Shown here piece after piece: positions 7,421 to 16,651 of a stretch of 64,000 bases of DNA; positions within the stretch are counted from its first letter, which is position 1; the number at the start of each line of letters is the position of its first letter. A program made the translations under genes and the position numbers. The notes below the pieces were generated by a model, which was given only the letters and a program-made list of their open reading frames with translations, ran no database searches and had not been told where the DNA came from. The stretch lies in the IMG/VR virus record IMGVR_UViG_3300034107_000364; one strand, 5' to 3'. The DNA comes from a virus. Lineage: Duplodnaviria; Heunggongvirae; Uroviricota; Caudoviricetes.

Positions 7421-7629
7421 CAGAAACCTGTAAATTCTTGGGATACCTACAGCAAATACACATCTTCAATCTATAAACTGAAAACCAACGTGTATCCCGT
7501 ATTTTTAAAATATAAAGGATGCTTCCAGCAAATTTAAAAACTTTTATTGGAAAAAGCAAATCAGCATCCTGTTATTTTATTCATTTAACCAGCCGGCTTT
7601 ATTAGATACATATATAAATATTACAATAA

Positions 7630-8322
7630 ATGAAAACACATATAATTTATCTAAGAGGCAATGAATTCTCAGAGACTATGGTAAAAGATACCATAAAGTC
7701 TTTAAATAAATTCGGTATCGAGTTTGAATTATTTGATGGAGTTGTAGGCAGAAAAGGCATTGAAGTTTTAAAATCTTATAATGCAAAACCTTCAGCGTAT
7801 GTTAATATGGTAGATTGGACCGATGGTACTATAGGTTGTTTAGCAAGTCATTATTTATTATGGGACGAGTGTTCTAAACAAGATCAGCCTTTTTTAATTC
7901 TTGAACAAGATGCAGTTTTAGTTAGAGATCCTAGAGAAATATTACACTTAATAGAAAATGCATGTCATTTAGATGCATATTTACCATTTAATAATTCAGG
8001 TTTTATTACAGAACATGAACACTTTGAAGCGTATAATGATGCTATTAAACTTTATACTAGCGGAGTTAAAAAACACCCTATTAGTAGATTTTATGGAGAT
8101 AAATCTATAACTGGAAGTACTTTTAGAGGTGCATATGGATATATAATAACTCCTAAAGGTGCCCAAGAAATCTTAGATTTTATAAATAAAAAAGGTATAT
8201 TTCCAGCAGATGCATGTTTATGTGAAAATGCCACAGATATTCAAAGAGCAAATAGTACATATGTTAGATTAAATCCATTTTTCGAAACATTGGACTTACA
8301 AAGAAAATTTTCATCAAGATAA
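7630..8322 (+). CDS. glycosyltransferase family 25 (LOS/LPS glycosyltransferase, Lic2B/LgtB-like)
   Basis: HIIYLRGNEFSE...GTIGCLASHYLLW...PFLILEQDAVL matches the GT25 signature. Confidence 0.6.
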   Translation: MKTHIIYLRGNEFSETMVKDTIKSLNKFGIEFELFDGVVGRKGIEVLKSYNAKPSAYVNMVDWTDGTIGCLASHYLLWDECSKQDQPFLILEQDAVLVRDPREILHLIENACHLDAYLPFNNSGFITEHEHFEAYNDAIKLYTSGVKKHPISRFYGDKSITGSTFRGAYGYIITPKGAQEILDFINKKGIFPADACLCENATDIQRANSTYVRLNPFFETLDLQRKFSSR

Positions 8323-8326
8323 CCAC

Positions 8327-8400
8327 AGTCATTTAGCTCAGTTGGTTAGAGCGCCTCGCTGATACCGAGGAGGTCGTAAGTTCGAGTCTTACATTGACTA
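8327..8400 (+). tRNA. tRNA-Ile(GAT)
   Basis: D-arm TAGCTCAGTTGGTTAGAGC, anticodon stem CCTCG/CGAGG with loop CTGATAC, T-arm GTAAG-TTCGAGT-CTTAC; starts 5 nt after GT25 stop. Confidence 0.8.
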
Positions 8401-8403
8401 CAT

Positions 8404-8430
8404 AAAAAAAGCCGCAATTGCGGCTTTTTT
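8404..8430 (+). terminator. rho-independent terminator
   Basis: AAGCCGCAATTGCGGCTT hairpin + T6. Confidence 0.7.
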
Positions 8431-8483
8431 AGTTTTATATATTTAAAAGAATATATAGATTATACTCAAAAATTAAAAACAAT

Positions 8484-9515
8484 ATGAAGATTAAAAGTTA
8501 CGAAGGATTTGTTGCTAATAAAAGATTAGTAGAATCTAGAAGACAAGTAATAATTAATGTGCTTGAACAATTCGAAGAAATTAAACCAATTATGAATGAA
8601 GCTCTACTTATAGTTGAGTTTGGTATATTTGATGAGGGTTTTGATAATCTTAACGAAGAAAACCTAATTAGCAAAATGAAGGCTAAATTTGATGCTGCTG
8701 TAGAAGTTGCAAAAGAAAAGGGTAAACAAGCATTGACAAAATCACAAGAAGTTATCATTAAATTAGGTGGTAAAATTGCTTCTATTATTAAACTTATTGT
8801 TGAGAAATTAAAAGAATGGGTTGACGCTGCATGGACAGCTGCAAAATCAGCATATGCATCAGGAGCACAAGCTAAGGTTAAAGAAATTACAGCTGCAATC
8901 GAAAAGAAATCAGAAGAAAGTAAAAATCTTTTATTAAAAGAAGTTAAACAAGGTAAACAAGTTGTATCTGCAACAGTTGGATGGATTACTAGTGGATTTG
9001 TTAAAGATACTGCAACCGCAGCTCAACAAGCCGCAAGTGAAGATGTTAAAGAAGCCTTTGAAATTGCAATATTAGATTCTATTAATGAAGCAGTTATCAA
9101 TGGAGATATTGATTTTACTGATCTATTAAAAGAAAGTGATGCAAATGGACCAAGTATTCCATTCGTATCAGCAATTGCACATAAAATGCACCATATTCCA
9201 CCATTTAATTTATTAGATAAAGTTAAACAAGCTGCTGAAAAAGTTGCTAAAGGAACTCTAGGTAAATTATCATATTATGCTACTGAATTAGCAGGAGCAC
9301 CAGGACCATTTGAATTTATTGCACTTGCAGGTATTATTGGAATTATTGCTGAAGTTCAAGTTAAAGGAGTTGCAAAGCACGCTCTATTACATGCAGTACC
9401 AGGTTTAGGTACGGTAGCATCTATTATATCAAACGTTGCAATGTTATTAGCTGTAATTGGTATCATTGAGGCTGTTATGGGTAAAGAAAAGGATGATGAG
9501 GAAACTGCACACTAA
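8484..9515 (+). CDS. hypothetical protein (343 aa) with CTS-like N-terminus and hydrophobic C-terminal segments
   Basis: MKIKSYEGFVANKRLVE resembles the MKHxKLFEEFxNE leader family; C-terminus GIIGIIAEV...AMLLAVIGIIEAV predicted membrane-active. Confidence 0.55.
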   Translation: MKIKSYEGFVANKRLVESRRQVIINVLEQFEEIKPIMNEALLIVEFGIFDEGFDNLNEENLISKMKAKFDAAVEVAKEKGKQALTKSQEVIIKLGGKIASIIKLIVEKLKEWVDAAWTAAKSAYASGAQAKVKEITAAIEKKSEESKNLLLKEVKQGKQVVSATVGWITSGFVKDTATAAQQAASEDVKEAFEIAILDSINEAVINGDIDFTDLLKESDANGPSIPFVSAIAHKMHHIPPFNLLDKVKQAAEKVAKGTLGKLSYYATELAGAPGPFEFIALAGIIGIIAEVQVKGVAKHALLHAVPGLGTVASIISNVAMLLAVIGIIEAVMGKEKDDEETAH

Positions 9516-9537
9516 TTAAAATAAATTTAAGGTACAT

Positions 9538-9610
9538 AGCGGGTTGGTAGAAGTGGTATCTCGCGAGCCTCATAAGCTCGAGGTCGGGGGTTCGAGTCCC
9601 TCACCCGCAA
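9538..9610 (+). tRNA. tRNA-Met(CAT), atypical D-arm
   Basis: anticodon stem CGAGC/GCTCG with loop CTCATAA, T-arm GGGGG-TTCGAGT-CCCTC, acceptor GCGGGT/ACCCGC with unpaired A1xA72. Confidence 0.6.
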
Positions 9611-9694
9611 CTAATTTCATAACTTCTTAAAATGAATCACATTCATGATATATAATAAAGTACTTATGTACTGATAAAAATATTATAACATGTA

Positions 9695-10006
9695 ATGAAA
9701 AATCCTTCTCCAAAAATTTTAACGTGGTTGCATAATTTAGCATCTGACGAAAACGGATCTCCATCTTCAAAAAGAGTAGTCGGAATACTGGCTGGTTTAT
9801 CCTTAATTTTCGTTTTAGTTTACAGCAGTTTACAAAAGAATGATATAGTTTTAAATGATACGATTATCAATGCGGTAGCATTACTTGCATTTGGTTGTCT
9901 TGGATTATCTTCTGTTGATAAATTTACAGCACTTAAAAAACAAGTTAAAGAGGGAACTTCTAATACAACAACTGAAACTCTAGTTGAAAATACAGAAACC
10001 AACTAA
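9695..10006 (+). CDS. holin-like small membrane protein (2 TM)
   Basis: 103 aa, two hydrophobic helices (VVGILAGLSLIFVLVY; AVALLAFGCLGLSSV), charged C-tail, immediately upstream of endolysin. Confidence 0.5.
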   Translation: MKNPSPKILTWLHNLASDENGSPSSKRVVGILAGLSLIFVLVYSSLQKNDIVLNDTIINAVALLAFGCLGLSSVDKFTALKKQVKEGTSNTTTETLVENTETN

Positions 10007-10008
10007 TT

Positions 10009-10467
10009 ATGGCAAAAATTACTAAAATAGGCCAAAAAGGTCTAGACTTAATCAAATCATCTGAGGGACTTTATTTAAAACCTTATTTATGCCCAGCAAA
10101 CGTACCGACAATCGGATACGGTAATACGTTTTATGAGAATAAAGCAAAAGTAACTTTAAAAGATCCTATTATTACAGAAAAACGTGCAGTAGAATTATTA
10201 TCATGGTCTCTTTCTAGCTTTGAACAGTATGTTGATGCATATTGTATAGATACTCTTAATCAAAATCAGTTTGATGCACTTGTAAGTTTTTGTTACAATC
10301 TAGGACCTGCTAATTTAAAATCAAGTACTTTACTTAAAAAGGTTAATGCTAATCCAAGTGATCCTACTATTAGAGCTGAGTTTTTAAAATGGAACAAGGC
10401 TGGTGGTAAAGCACTTGCTGGTTTAACTAAGCGTAGAACCGCTGAAGCAAATTTATATTTTTCATAA
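10009..10467 (+). CDS. endolysin, GH24 (T4/lambda-type lysozyme)
   Basis: SEGLYLKPYLCPANVPTIGYGNT ... FDALVSFCYNLG ... AGLTKRRTAEANLY typical phage lysozyme motifs. Confidence 0.8.
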   Translation: MAKITKIGQKGLDLIKSSEGLYLKPYLCPANVPTIGYGNTFYENKAKVTLKDPIITEKRAVELLSWSLSSFEQYVDAYCIDTLNQNQFDALVSFCYNLGPANLKSSTLLKKVNANPSDPTIRAEFLKWNKAGGKALAGLTKRRTAEANLYFS

Positions 10468-10754
10468 TGGCAGAGAATCAAACACCAACTCAAGGATTTA
10501 TAGACGTATTCGTTAGTAAATTAAAAGAACAATCATTTACTATTGTAATTATGCTAGCCGTAATTTGGTATCAAGGTGTGATGATGGAAGAGCGCGTAGC
10601 ATATTGGCAAAAGCTATATGAAGAACAAAAAACATATATTCAGCAAACTGACAAAGAAGATAAACAAATCTTATTGGATCGAATTAAATATCTTCAGGAT
10701 CAACAGGATAAATATACTCAAGATGCAATAGATGAATTAAAATCAAAAAAATAA
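10467..10754 (+). CDS. lysis-associated membrane protein (spanin/antiholin candidate)
   Basis: 95 aa, one TM (FTIVIMLAVIWYQGVMM) then coiled-coil; start overlaps endolysin stop (TAATGG). Confidence 0.45.
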   Translation: MAENQTPTQGFIDVFVSKLKEQSFTIVIMLAVIWYQGVMMEERVAYWQKLYEEQKTYIQQTDKEDKQILLDRIKYLQDQQDKYTQDAIDELKSKK

Positions 10755-10760
10755 TTAATT

Positions 10761-11366
10761 ATGAATTGTTACACTAAAGAGCAGATTGAAAAAGCTGTAA
10801 AATTAAAAAAATACGTTTGGTTTGAAGGTGCAAAAGACTTTGATGTTAATATCGTTGGCGTTAGAAATAATGCGGCAACAATTGCTGATAAAGTAACTAA
10901 TGTATTTGATGATTGTATGACCCTATCTTTTAAAGAAGGTGGTGTATGGAAATTTTATTGTTGGATGATTACAACCGATCCTGGAACAAAGGCAGTTAAA
11001 GAATTTTCAAATCCAAATGGAGTTGCAAGAGTAGTTCCTGGACAATATAGAGGAATGTGGGCTGTTGGTCTACATCAAGGTAAATACGAGGCAATGCGTC
11101 AAGTTAAACCCGTTAAAGTTTATCGTGATAAAAATAAGGATATGTCCTTTAATGAAACTGTCATACAAGAAGGTATTTTTGGAATTAATGGACATAGATC
11201 TAGTCCAACTAGTGAATCCATGTATGTGGAAAACTGGTCAGAGGGATGTCAAGTATTTAAGAAAATAAAGGATTTTAATGAATTTATGGTACTTATTAAT
11301 AAGGCCAAAGCAATTCACGGAAACGCATTTACATATACTTTACTAGAATCAACTGATATAGCATAA
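10761..11366 (+). CDS. hypothetical protein (201 aa)
   Basis: ORF following lysis cassette; no confident motif. Confidence 0.5.
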   Translation: MNCYTKEQIEKAVKLKKYVWFEGAKDFDVNIVGVRNNAATIADKVTNVFDDCMTLSFKEGGVWKFYCWMITTDPGTKAVKEFSNPNGVARVVPGQYRGMWAVGLHQGKYEAMRQVKPVKVYRDKNKDMSFNETVIQEGIFGINGHRSSPTSESMYVENWSEGCQVFKKIKDFNEFMVLINKAKAIHGNAFTYTLLESTDIA

Positions 11367-11415
11367 GATGAAACTAAATTGTAATTTTTAATACAATACC
11401 TAAACTATAGTATAA

Positions 11416-11619
11416 ATGGCTTTACCCTGCCCAAATTGTCAAACACCACTAGGAATAACATTAGATTTTATTGTTAAAAATCCTATGTCAGTTTGTCCAA
11501 GTTGTCAAACTGTATTTAATTTTGCAGTAAGTGAAGAAATCATAGAATCATTTAAAGAAGCTCTACAAGAAATTGAAGACATCAAAAAACAATATAACGG
11601 TTTAGTAAAATTCGGATAA
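11416..11619 (+). CDS. zinc-ribbon protein
   Basis: two CxxC pairs: CPNCQ ... CPSCQ. Confidence 0.5.
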   Translation: MALPCPNCQTPLGITLDFIVKNPMSVCPSCQTVFNFAVSEEIIESFKEALQEIEDIKKQYNGLVKFG

Positions 11620-11671
11620 GCTCTAGGATATATACTATAATAATATAAAACAAAATAAAAAACACTAAATT

Positions 11672-12277
11672 ATGGCAGCAGATATTTCAGCTCAATTCAC
11701 GGGTCTACCAATTGAAGACCTTATCGTTTCACCAATCGTCGGTATGGCGAAAGGTCAAGCAAAATTAAACGATGTAACATGGAAATACATCAACGAAGTA
11801 GCATTCGTAACAGACAAAGATGGTAATACTACCGCTAGATCTTTAGACGTACAAATGCAAAGAGTTATGACAGATCCTACTGATGGATCTCAGTCAGTTA
11901 AAACTCTTTATTCTAAAGTACCTATGTTACCTTTAGTTCCACTTCCAGCATTAGCAATCACATCTGCTGATATTGCTTTCACAATGGAAGTTAAAACATC
12001 AGAAGTTAACAAAGATTCTTCAGATTCTTCTGCAAGTTTTAGCGCTAGCGCATCTGGTGGATTTTGGGGTATGAAATACTCAGCTACTATGTCAGGAAGC
12101 GTTGCAGCTCACCACGAGAATACAAGAAGCACTGATAATTCAGCTAAGTATGATGTAAAAGTACATGCTGAGCAATTACCACCAACTGAAGGTATGTTAA
12201 AGCTTTCTGATTACCTAACTCAAATGTTAGAGCCATCATTGATCGAGCCTTCTAAGAACGCTAACGGTCCAGCATAA
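11672..12277 (+). CDS. hypothetical protein (201 aa), Ser-rich low-complexity centre
   Basis: followed by strong terminator; possibly paired-DUF (DUF2589/2590-like) with next gene - unverified. Confidence 0.55.
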   Translation: MAADISAQFTGLPIEDLIVSPIVGMAKGQAKLNDVTWKYINEVAFVTDKDGNTTARSLDVQMQRVMTDPTDGSQSVKTLYSKVPMLPLVPLPALAITSADIAFTMEVKTSEVNKDSSDSSASFSASASGGFWGMKYSATMSGSVAAHHENTRSTDNSAKYDVKVHAEQLPPTEGMLKLSDYLTQMLEPSLIEPSKNANGPA

Positions 12278-12303
12278 TATTAAAACAAATATTTTTTAAA
12301 TTT

Positions 12304-12333
12304 AAACCCGATTGGAAACAATCGGGTTTTTTT
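12304..12333 (+). terminator. rho-independent terminator
   Basis: AAACCCGATTG-gaaa-CAATCGGGTTT + T7. Confidence 0.75.
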
Positions 12334-12361
12334 GTGTATAATATTAAATAATAAATGTAAA

Positions 12362-12844
12362 ATGTCTAAATTAAATATTGAAGAGCTTCTCGGTGGTCTT
12401 TTAGAAGCAGCAATGGTTGCACAAGGAATTAGTGAAAAACAACACATAAATTCTTTGGCCAATTATTTTGATAATGGTGTTCCAAAAACAATAGATTTTA
12501 AAGTAGGAGAAAAGACTGTTACTGTTCCTCTTTATATTTTAGCAGATCATTCATCGATTGGACTTAGTGAATTAGATATAGAATTTGAAACAAGATTAGT
12601 TTTTGGAAACACTGATGATCCAGTTTCTAAAGTTAAACAATCAATACTAGGTCTTTTTAGAAAGAAAGGTTATAAACATAATCTTGGTGGAATTGAAGTA
12701 GATTCAGGTGCTACAAACACCAATAATTCTGGTATGGCAAAAATCAAAGTTAAATTTACATCAGACGATAAACCAGAAGCGGTTAGTAGACTAGTGGATC
12801 AATATATTCAAAGAATGATTACAAGTGATAATAAAACGGTCTAA
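12362..12844 (+). CDS. hypothetical protein (160 aa)
   Basis: first ATG (MSKLNIEELL) used rather than track start 12332. Confidence 0.5.
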   Translation: MSKLNIEELLGGLLEAAMVAQGISEKQHINSLANYFDNGVPKTIDFKVGEKTVTVPLYILADHSSIGLSELDIEFETRLVFGNTDDPVSKVKQSILGLFRKKGYKHNLGGIEVDSGATNTNNSGMAKIKVKFTSDDKPEAVSRLVDQYIQRMITSDNKTV

Positions 12845-12927
12845 TTGTTCGTAACTTTTTTAAAAATAATTAGCCAAACATTTTTTTGTTTGGCTTTTTT
12901 TGTGTATATTTACTCTATAATTAAAAA
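12845..12927 (+). promoter_or_regulatory. terminator/promoter cassette, copy 5 (hairpin variant)
   Basis: TTGTTCGTAACTTTTTTAAAAATAATT-AGCCAAACAtttttttGTTTGGCT-TTTTTTGTGTATATTTACTCTATAATTAAAAAC. Confidence 0.6.
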
Positions 12928-12937
12928 CAAACAAAAT

Positions 12938-13117
12938 ATGAGCACTAAAAAAGATTATTCAGACAAAATTAGTTACTATCGTTACAAAGTTAATCAAGCA
13001 ATTGAAAACTTAGATATCGAAGATTTGAATTACTATACTGCCAAGTTAAGTTATTTCATGGAACGCGAAAAAGCGGCTAGACGTGAAACTCTTATTTTTG
13101 GTCTTTATCCAGCTTAA
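12938..13117 (+). CDS. hypothetical small protein (59 aa)
   Basis: ATG 10 nt after cassette copy 5; track ORF 12845 start lies inside cassette so trimmed. Confidence 0.45.
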   Translation: MSTKKDYSDKISYYRYKVNQAIENLDIEDLNYYTAKLSYFMEREKAARRETLIFGLYPA

Positions 13118-13137
13118 TTAAATAATTCACATATAAT

Positions 13138-13293
13138 ATGAAAGTAATTTACATGGAGCCTACAATTCAGATGTTGGCATTTTTAAACAAAGAAAATCCT
13201 AATTATGTTAAAACACTTATTGAAAGTGGTACAGTTAAAGAATTAGAAGGTGGTCAAAAATATTTAGTAATCGAAGATAAAACAGAAGAATAA
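13138..13293 (+). CDS. hypothetical small protein (51 aa)
   Basis: MKVIYMEPTIQMLAF...; stop overlaps ligase start (TAATG). Confidence 0.35.
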   Translation: MKVIYMEPTIQMLAFLNKENPNYVKTLIESGTVKELEGGQKYLVIEDKTEE

Positions 13294-14585
13294 TGCAAGA
13301 TTTAAAACAAATACAAGAGTTCGTAGATGCTCAAAATTCTACAAATAGTAATACTGACAAATTGAACGTATTAAAGGCATATGCTGACAATCTGGCAATT
13401 CGCAAAGTATTGGAGTATACATATAATACTTTTAAACAATATTATGTTACTTCAGAAACTTGTAAAAAACGCAGCGACTTGGTTGCTCCAGAAAACATGT
13501 ATAGCAATCTTTTTAGTTTGCTCGACGACCTTAATGATCGTAATATTACTGGCCACTCCGCTATTCAAGCAGTCAATGCGTTTGTTGGCGCATATCCTGA
13601 ATCCGAGGAGCTAATCTTTAATGTCATTGATCGTAATCTTAAAACGAGAGCTACAGCATCCATGATCAATACTGCAATCCCAGGTCTTATTCCTACATTT
13701 GACGTTGCATTAGCAAAAGCTTATGACGAAAAAACTCAAAAGAAAGTTAAATGGTCAGATGGTTGGTTTGTTAGTCGTAAATTAGATGGATGTCGATGTG
13801 TATGCATTATAGATGGTCAAGGTGAACCTAGATTTTATTCTCGTGTAGGAAATGAATTCTTAACACTTGATAATCTTAAGCCTTCTATTAGACAACTTGG
13901 TCTTATTAATACTGTATTAGATGGTGAGATTTGTATTGTAGATGCAAATGGAAACGAAGATTTCACAAGTATTATGAAAGAGATCAAACGTAAAGATTAC
14001 ACAATCAAACAACCACATTATTATATTTTTGACCACTTAACAATCAAAGAGTTTGAATCTAAAGTTTCAACTACTAAATTTGGTCAACGTATCGCAAACA
14101 TTGAAAGCATTGTTCCAGAAGGTTTAACAGGTGTTTCAGTCTTAGATCAATTCATGTGTGCAGACGATATGTTTGCTAGTTTATTAGAGCATTCTAAAAA
14201 CGAAGGTTGGGAAGGACTTATGTTACGTAAGAATACAACTTACAAAGGTAAAAGATCTGACGAAGTACTTAAAGTAAAATCATTCCATGATGCAGAGTAT
14301 ATTGTGGTAGATGTTGAGCATGATATACAGCGAGTTATTGTTGATGGTTCAGAAGTTTCTGAATTGATGTTAAAAAATATTATCATTGAACATAAAGGAT
14401 ACCGAGTTCAAGTTGGTAGTGGTTTTAATCACGAACAACGACGTCATTATTTTAACAATCCTAGCGATATTATTGGTAAACAAGTTACGGTTCAATATTT
14501 TGAAGAAACACATAATCAAAATGGTGGAACTAGTTTAAGATTTCCAACTATAAAAGCTATTTATGAAACTGAAAGAGATTTTTAA
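13293..14585 (+). CDS. ATP-dependent DNA ligase (nucleotidyltransferase superfamily)
   Basis: motif I KLDGCR (KxDGxR), motif IV-like EGLMLRK, motif V LKVK; N-terminal helical domain. Confidence 0.7.
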   Translation: MQDLKQIQEFVDAQNSTNSNTDKLNVLKAYADNLAIRKVLEYTYNTFKQYYVTSETCKKRSDLVAPENMYSNLFSLLDDLNDRNITGHSAIQAVNAFVGAYPESEELIFNVIDRNLKTRATASMINTAIPGLIPTFDVALAKAYDEKTQKKVKWSDGWFVSRKLDGCRCVCIIDGQGEPRFYSRVGNEFLTLDNLKPSIRQLGLINTVLDGEICIVDANGNEDFTSIMKEIKRKDYTIKQPHYYIFDHLTIKEFESKVSTTKFGQRIANIESIVPEGLTGVSVLDQFMCADDMFASLLEHSKNEGWEGLMLRKNTTYKGKRSDEVLKVKSFHDAEYIVVDVEHDIQRVIVDGSEVSELMLKNIIIEHKGYRVQVGSGFNHEQRRHYFNNPSDIIGKQVTVQYFEETHNQNGGTSLRFPTIKAIYETERDF

Positions 14586-14596
14586 ATATAACTAAT

Positions 14597-14833
14597 ATGG
14601 AAGAGCAAGGACTAATTTTAGAAGAGGCAACTTTTAGATTCTCACAAGATTCACATTGTCTAGATGGTAATAATGATTATGAATTCTTAGAAGTTAAAGC
14701 ACAATCAAGTCTTGGTATTGACCGAGATAGTGGATGCTTCTTTACACTAAGTACTGAACAATGGTCATTTGATTCTGAAGAAGATTTAAAGAAAATATTT
14801 GACAGAATTAGACAAGTTATCATAAAAAAATAA
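14597..14833 (+). CDS. hypothetical acidic protein (78 aa)
   Basis: ORF in operon-like string. Confidence 0.45.
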   Translation: MEEQGLILEEATFRFSQDSHCLDGNNDYEFLEVKAQSSLGIDRDSGCFFTLSTEQWSFDSEEDLKKIFDRIRQVIIKK

Positions 14834-14838
14834 AAGGT

Positions 14839-15426
14839 TTGAAAGTATTCGTTGCACCGCCGAAAGGTGAAATAGAAGGAAGAGCATATATTGATTGGAT
14901 TATATCAAAGGGTTTTGAACCTATTATGATAGATCTTAGGTATAAAAAGATAGATGCTCCATTAATGTTATGTGGAGGTGCAGATATTGGTAAAAATCCT
15001 GAAAGAGATCGACGTGAACTTGGTTGGATAAAAATGGCATTAGATGCACAACAACCAATTATAGGAGTTTGTCGTGGCATGCAAATATTGAATCACTATT
15101 TTGGTGGTAAGGTTGAAGATCTAAAAGACAGAATAGCAGAATATCATCAAAGTGATGAATTCTCAGATGATGAGGATCATAGTGAAAGAGAATCACAATT
15201 TCATTACATCAAAAATCTAGACGATGTAATGTTTGAAGTTAATTCTAGGCATCATCAATGGTGCTCAATTATTGCAGATAATTTTAACGTGACTCATATG
15301 TCTTTTGATGGTGGTTGGATTCCAGAAGCCATAGAAGATGAAGAACTTAAAATCATTGCAGTTCAATGGCACCCAGAAAGATTTGAGTGCCCAGAGGTAT
15401 TAAATCTATTTAAATATATAAAATAA
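14839..15426 (+). CDS. class I glutamine amidotransferase-like / peptidase C26 (gamma-glutamyl hydrolase-like)
   Basis: LCGGADI, GVCRGMQ (nucleophile Cys), QWHPE (His); TTG start per track. Confidence 0.6.
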   Translation: MKVFVAPPKGEIEGRAYIDWIISKGFEPIMIDLRYKKIDAPLMLCGGADIGKNPERDRRELGWIKMALDAQQPIIGVCRGMQILNHYFGGKVEDLKDRIAEYHQSDEFSDDEDHSERESQFHYIKNLDDVMFEVNSRHHQWCSIIADNFNVTHMSFDGGWIPEAIEDEELKIIAVQWHPERFECPEVLNLFKYIK

Positions 15427-15428
15427 TT

Positions 15429-15644
15429 ATGAGCGGATATTACGTAAGTGACGAGTTTAGAACAAACAATTTAAGTCTAACTCCAGGCGGTTCAACAGTA
15501 GTTGTAGAATTGTCTAATGGTGAAACCAAGGCATATGATAAGGTTAAAAATCCAACAGCATATATTAATGCAATTCTAAACAAGAATCCTAATGTCATAA
15601 ATGTACATGTGGATGCAAAATTAGTTTGGTCTAAAAATAAATAA
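15429..15644 (+). CDS. hypothetical protein (71 aa)
   Basis: ORF. Confidence 0.45.
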   Translation: MSGYYVSDEFRTNNLSLTPGGSTVVVELSNGETKAYDKVKNPTAYINAILNKNPNVINVHVDAKLVWSKNK

Positions 15645-15649
15645 ATTCT

Positions 15650-16294
15650 ATGGCAGGAAATAAAATACCAAAGAAACTGCATCAAGTTTGGATTGGCTAT
15701 AAAGAAGTACCGGACTGGTGTAAAAGATTTGGTGAAGAGATGCAAGCAATGCATCCAGATTGGGAATATAAGCTGTGGAGTCATGATGATATTTTCAATG
15801 ATCTTTACAAAGATGATCCATTTTTACAAAATTATGTAAAGGAACCAGAAGTTTATAAATGGGCATTTATTGCTGACAGAGTTAGACTTCTTTTACTTAG
15901 AGATTTTGGTGGTGTTTATTGTGATATTGATGCAAAACCTATTAGACCATTTGATATAATATTGGAACAACTTTCAGAGGAACATACATTTTTTGCTGGA
16001 ATGAAACCCACTCAAGAACACAATACTCTTATTGATTGTACTGTATATGGATCTACGCCTCAAAGTAGAATTATCAATGAATGTCTTGGTGTCTATGATA
16101 GAATAACATGGGCACATGGTTGTAAAACATTTAACAATAAGATTATTGAAAAAATGGATTTGGATGTTGCACTATTTAATTATGAATATTTTTATAATGA
16201 TAAGGTAACTGATAAGACTATTATCTTACATGATGTTGAAGAGACTCGTTTATTCTCATGGGTTGATGATGTGAATTACAAGAAAAATTGGTAA
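15650..16294 (+). CDS. glycosyltransferase, GT32-like (DXD sugar-binding motif family)
   Basis: IPKKLHQVWIG ... LLLLRDFGGVYCDIDA (DxD) matches Gly_transf_sug/Och1-type signature. Confidence 0.6.
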   Translation: MAGNKIPKKLHQVWIGYKEVPDWCKRFGEEMQAMHPDWEYKLWSHDDIFNDLYKDDPFLQNYVKEPEVYKWAFIADRVRLLLLRDFGGVYCDIDAKPIRPFDIILEQLSEEHTFFAGMKPTQEHNTLIDCTVYGSTPQSRIINECLGVYDRITWAHGCKTFNNKIIEKMDLDVALFNYEYFYNDKVTDKTIILHDVEETRLFSWVDDVNYKKNW

Positions 16295-16297
16295 AGC

Positions 16298-16558
16298 ATG
16301 AGAAACCGAGGTAAAGCTATTGAAAACAGTTATGAAATCATAAGTGGCAATGTAACACTTATGCAAATATTAACATGTATATGTTTTATTACTGTACATC
16401 AAGGCGGTGATTTTCCAGAAGATTTAATTCCTGAATTTTTTGTAGAAACTGATCAAGAACCAACAGAACATCAAATAGATGAAATGATCAAATACTTTGA
16501 AAAGCAAGAAGAGTACGAAAAATGTCAATATTTAAAGGAATTTAAACTTAGAATGTAA
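16298..16558 (+). CDS. hypothetical protein (86 aa)
   Basis: ORF ends at cassette copy 6. Confidence 0.45.
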   Translation: MRNRGKAIENSYEIISGNVTLMQILTCICFITVHQGGDFPEDLIPEFFVETDQEPTEHQIDEMIKYFEKQEEYEKCQYLKEFKLRM

Positions 16559-16559
16559 A

Positions 16560-16641
16560 TTGTTCGTAACTTTTTTAAAAATAGTTGAGCCCAAATTTTT
16601 TAGTTTGGGCTTTTTTTTGTATATTAGCTTAGTAATTAAAA
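16560..16641 (+). promoter_or_regulatory. terminator/promoter cassette, copy 6 (hairpin variant)
   Basis: TTGTTCGTAACTTTTTTAAAAATAGTT-GAGCCCAAAttttttagTTTGGGCTT-TTTTTTGTATATTAGCTTAGTAATTAAAAG. Confidence 0.6.
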
Positions 16642-16651
16642 GATAAACAAA

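Noticed and set aside
1696-7559. Minus-strand ORFs 1696-1884, 1731-1931, 5065-5277, 5897-6238, 6912-7124 and 7320-7559 from the six-frame track.
   Set aside because: They are reverse-complement translations of + strand tRNA genes (peptides like GVEPSTYALEGRCSIQLSY are the classic tRNA anti-sense artefact). The tRNAs fold on the + strand with canonical D-loops (AGCTCAGTTGG) and T-loops (GGTTCGA).
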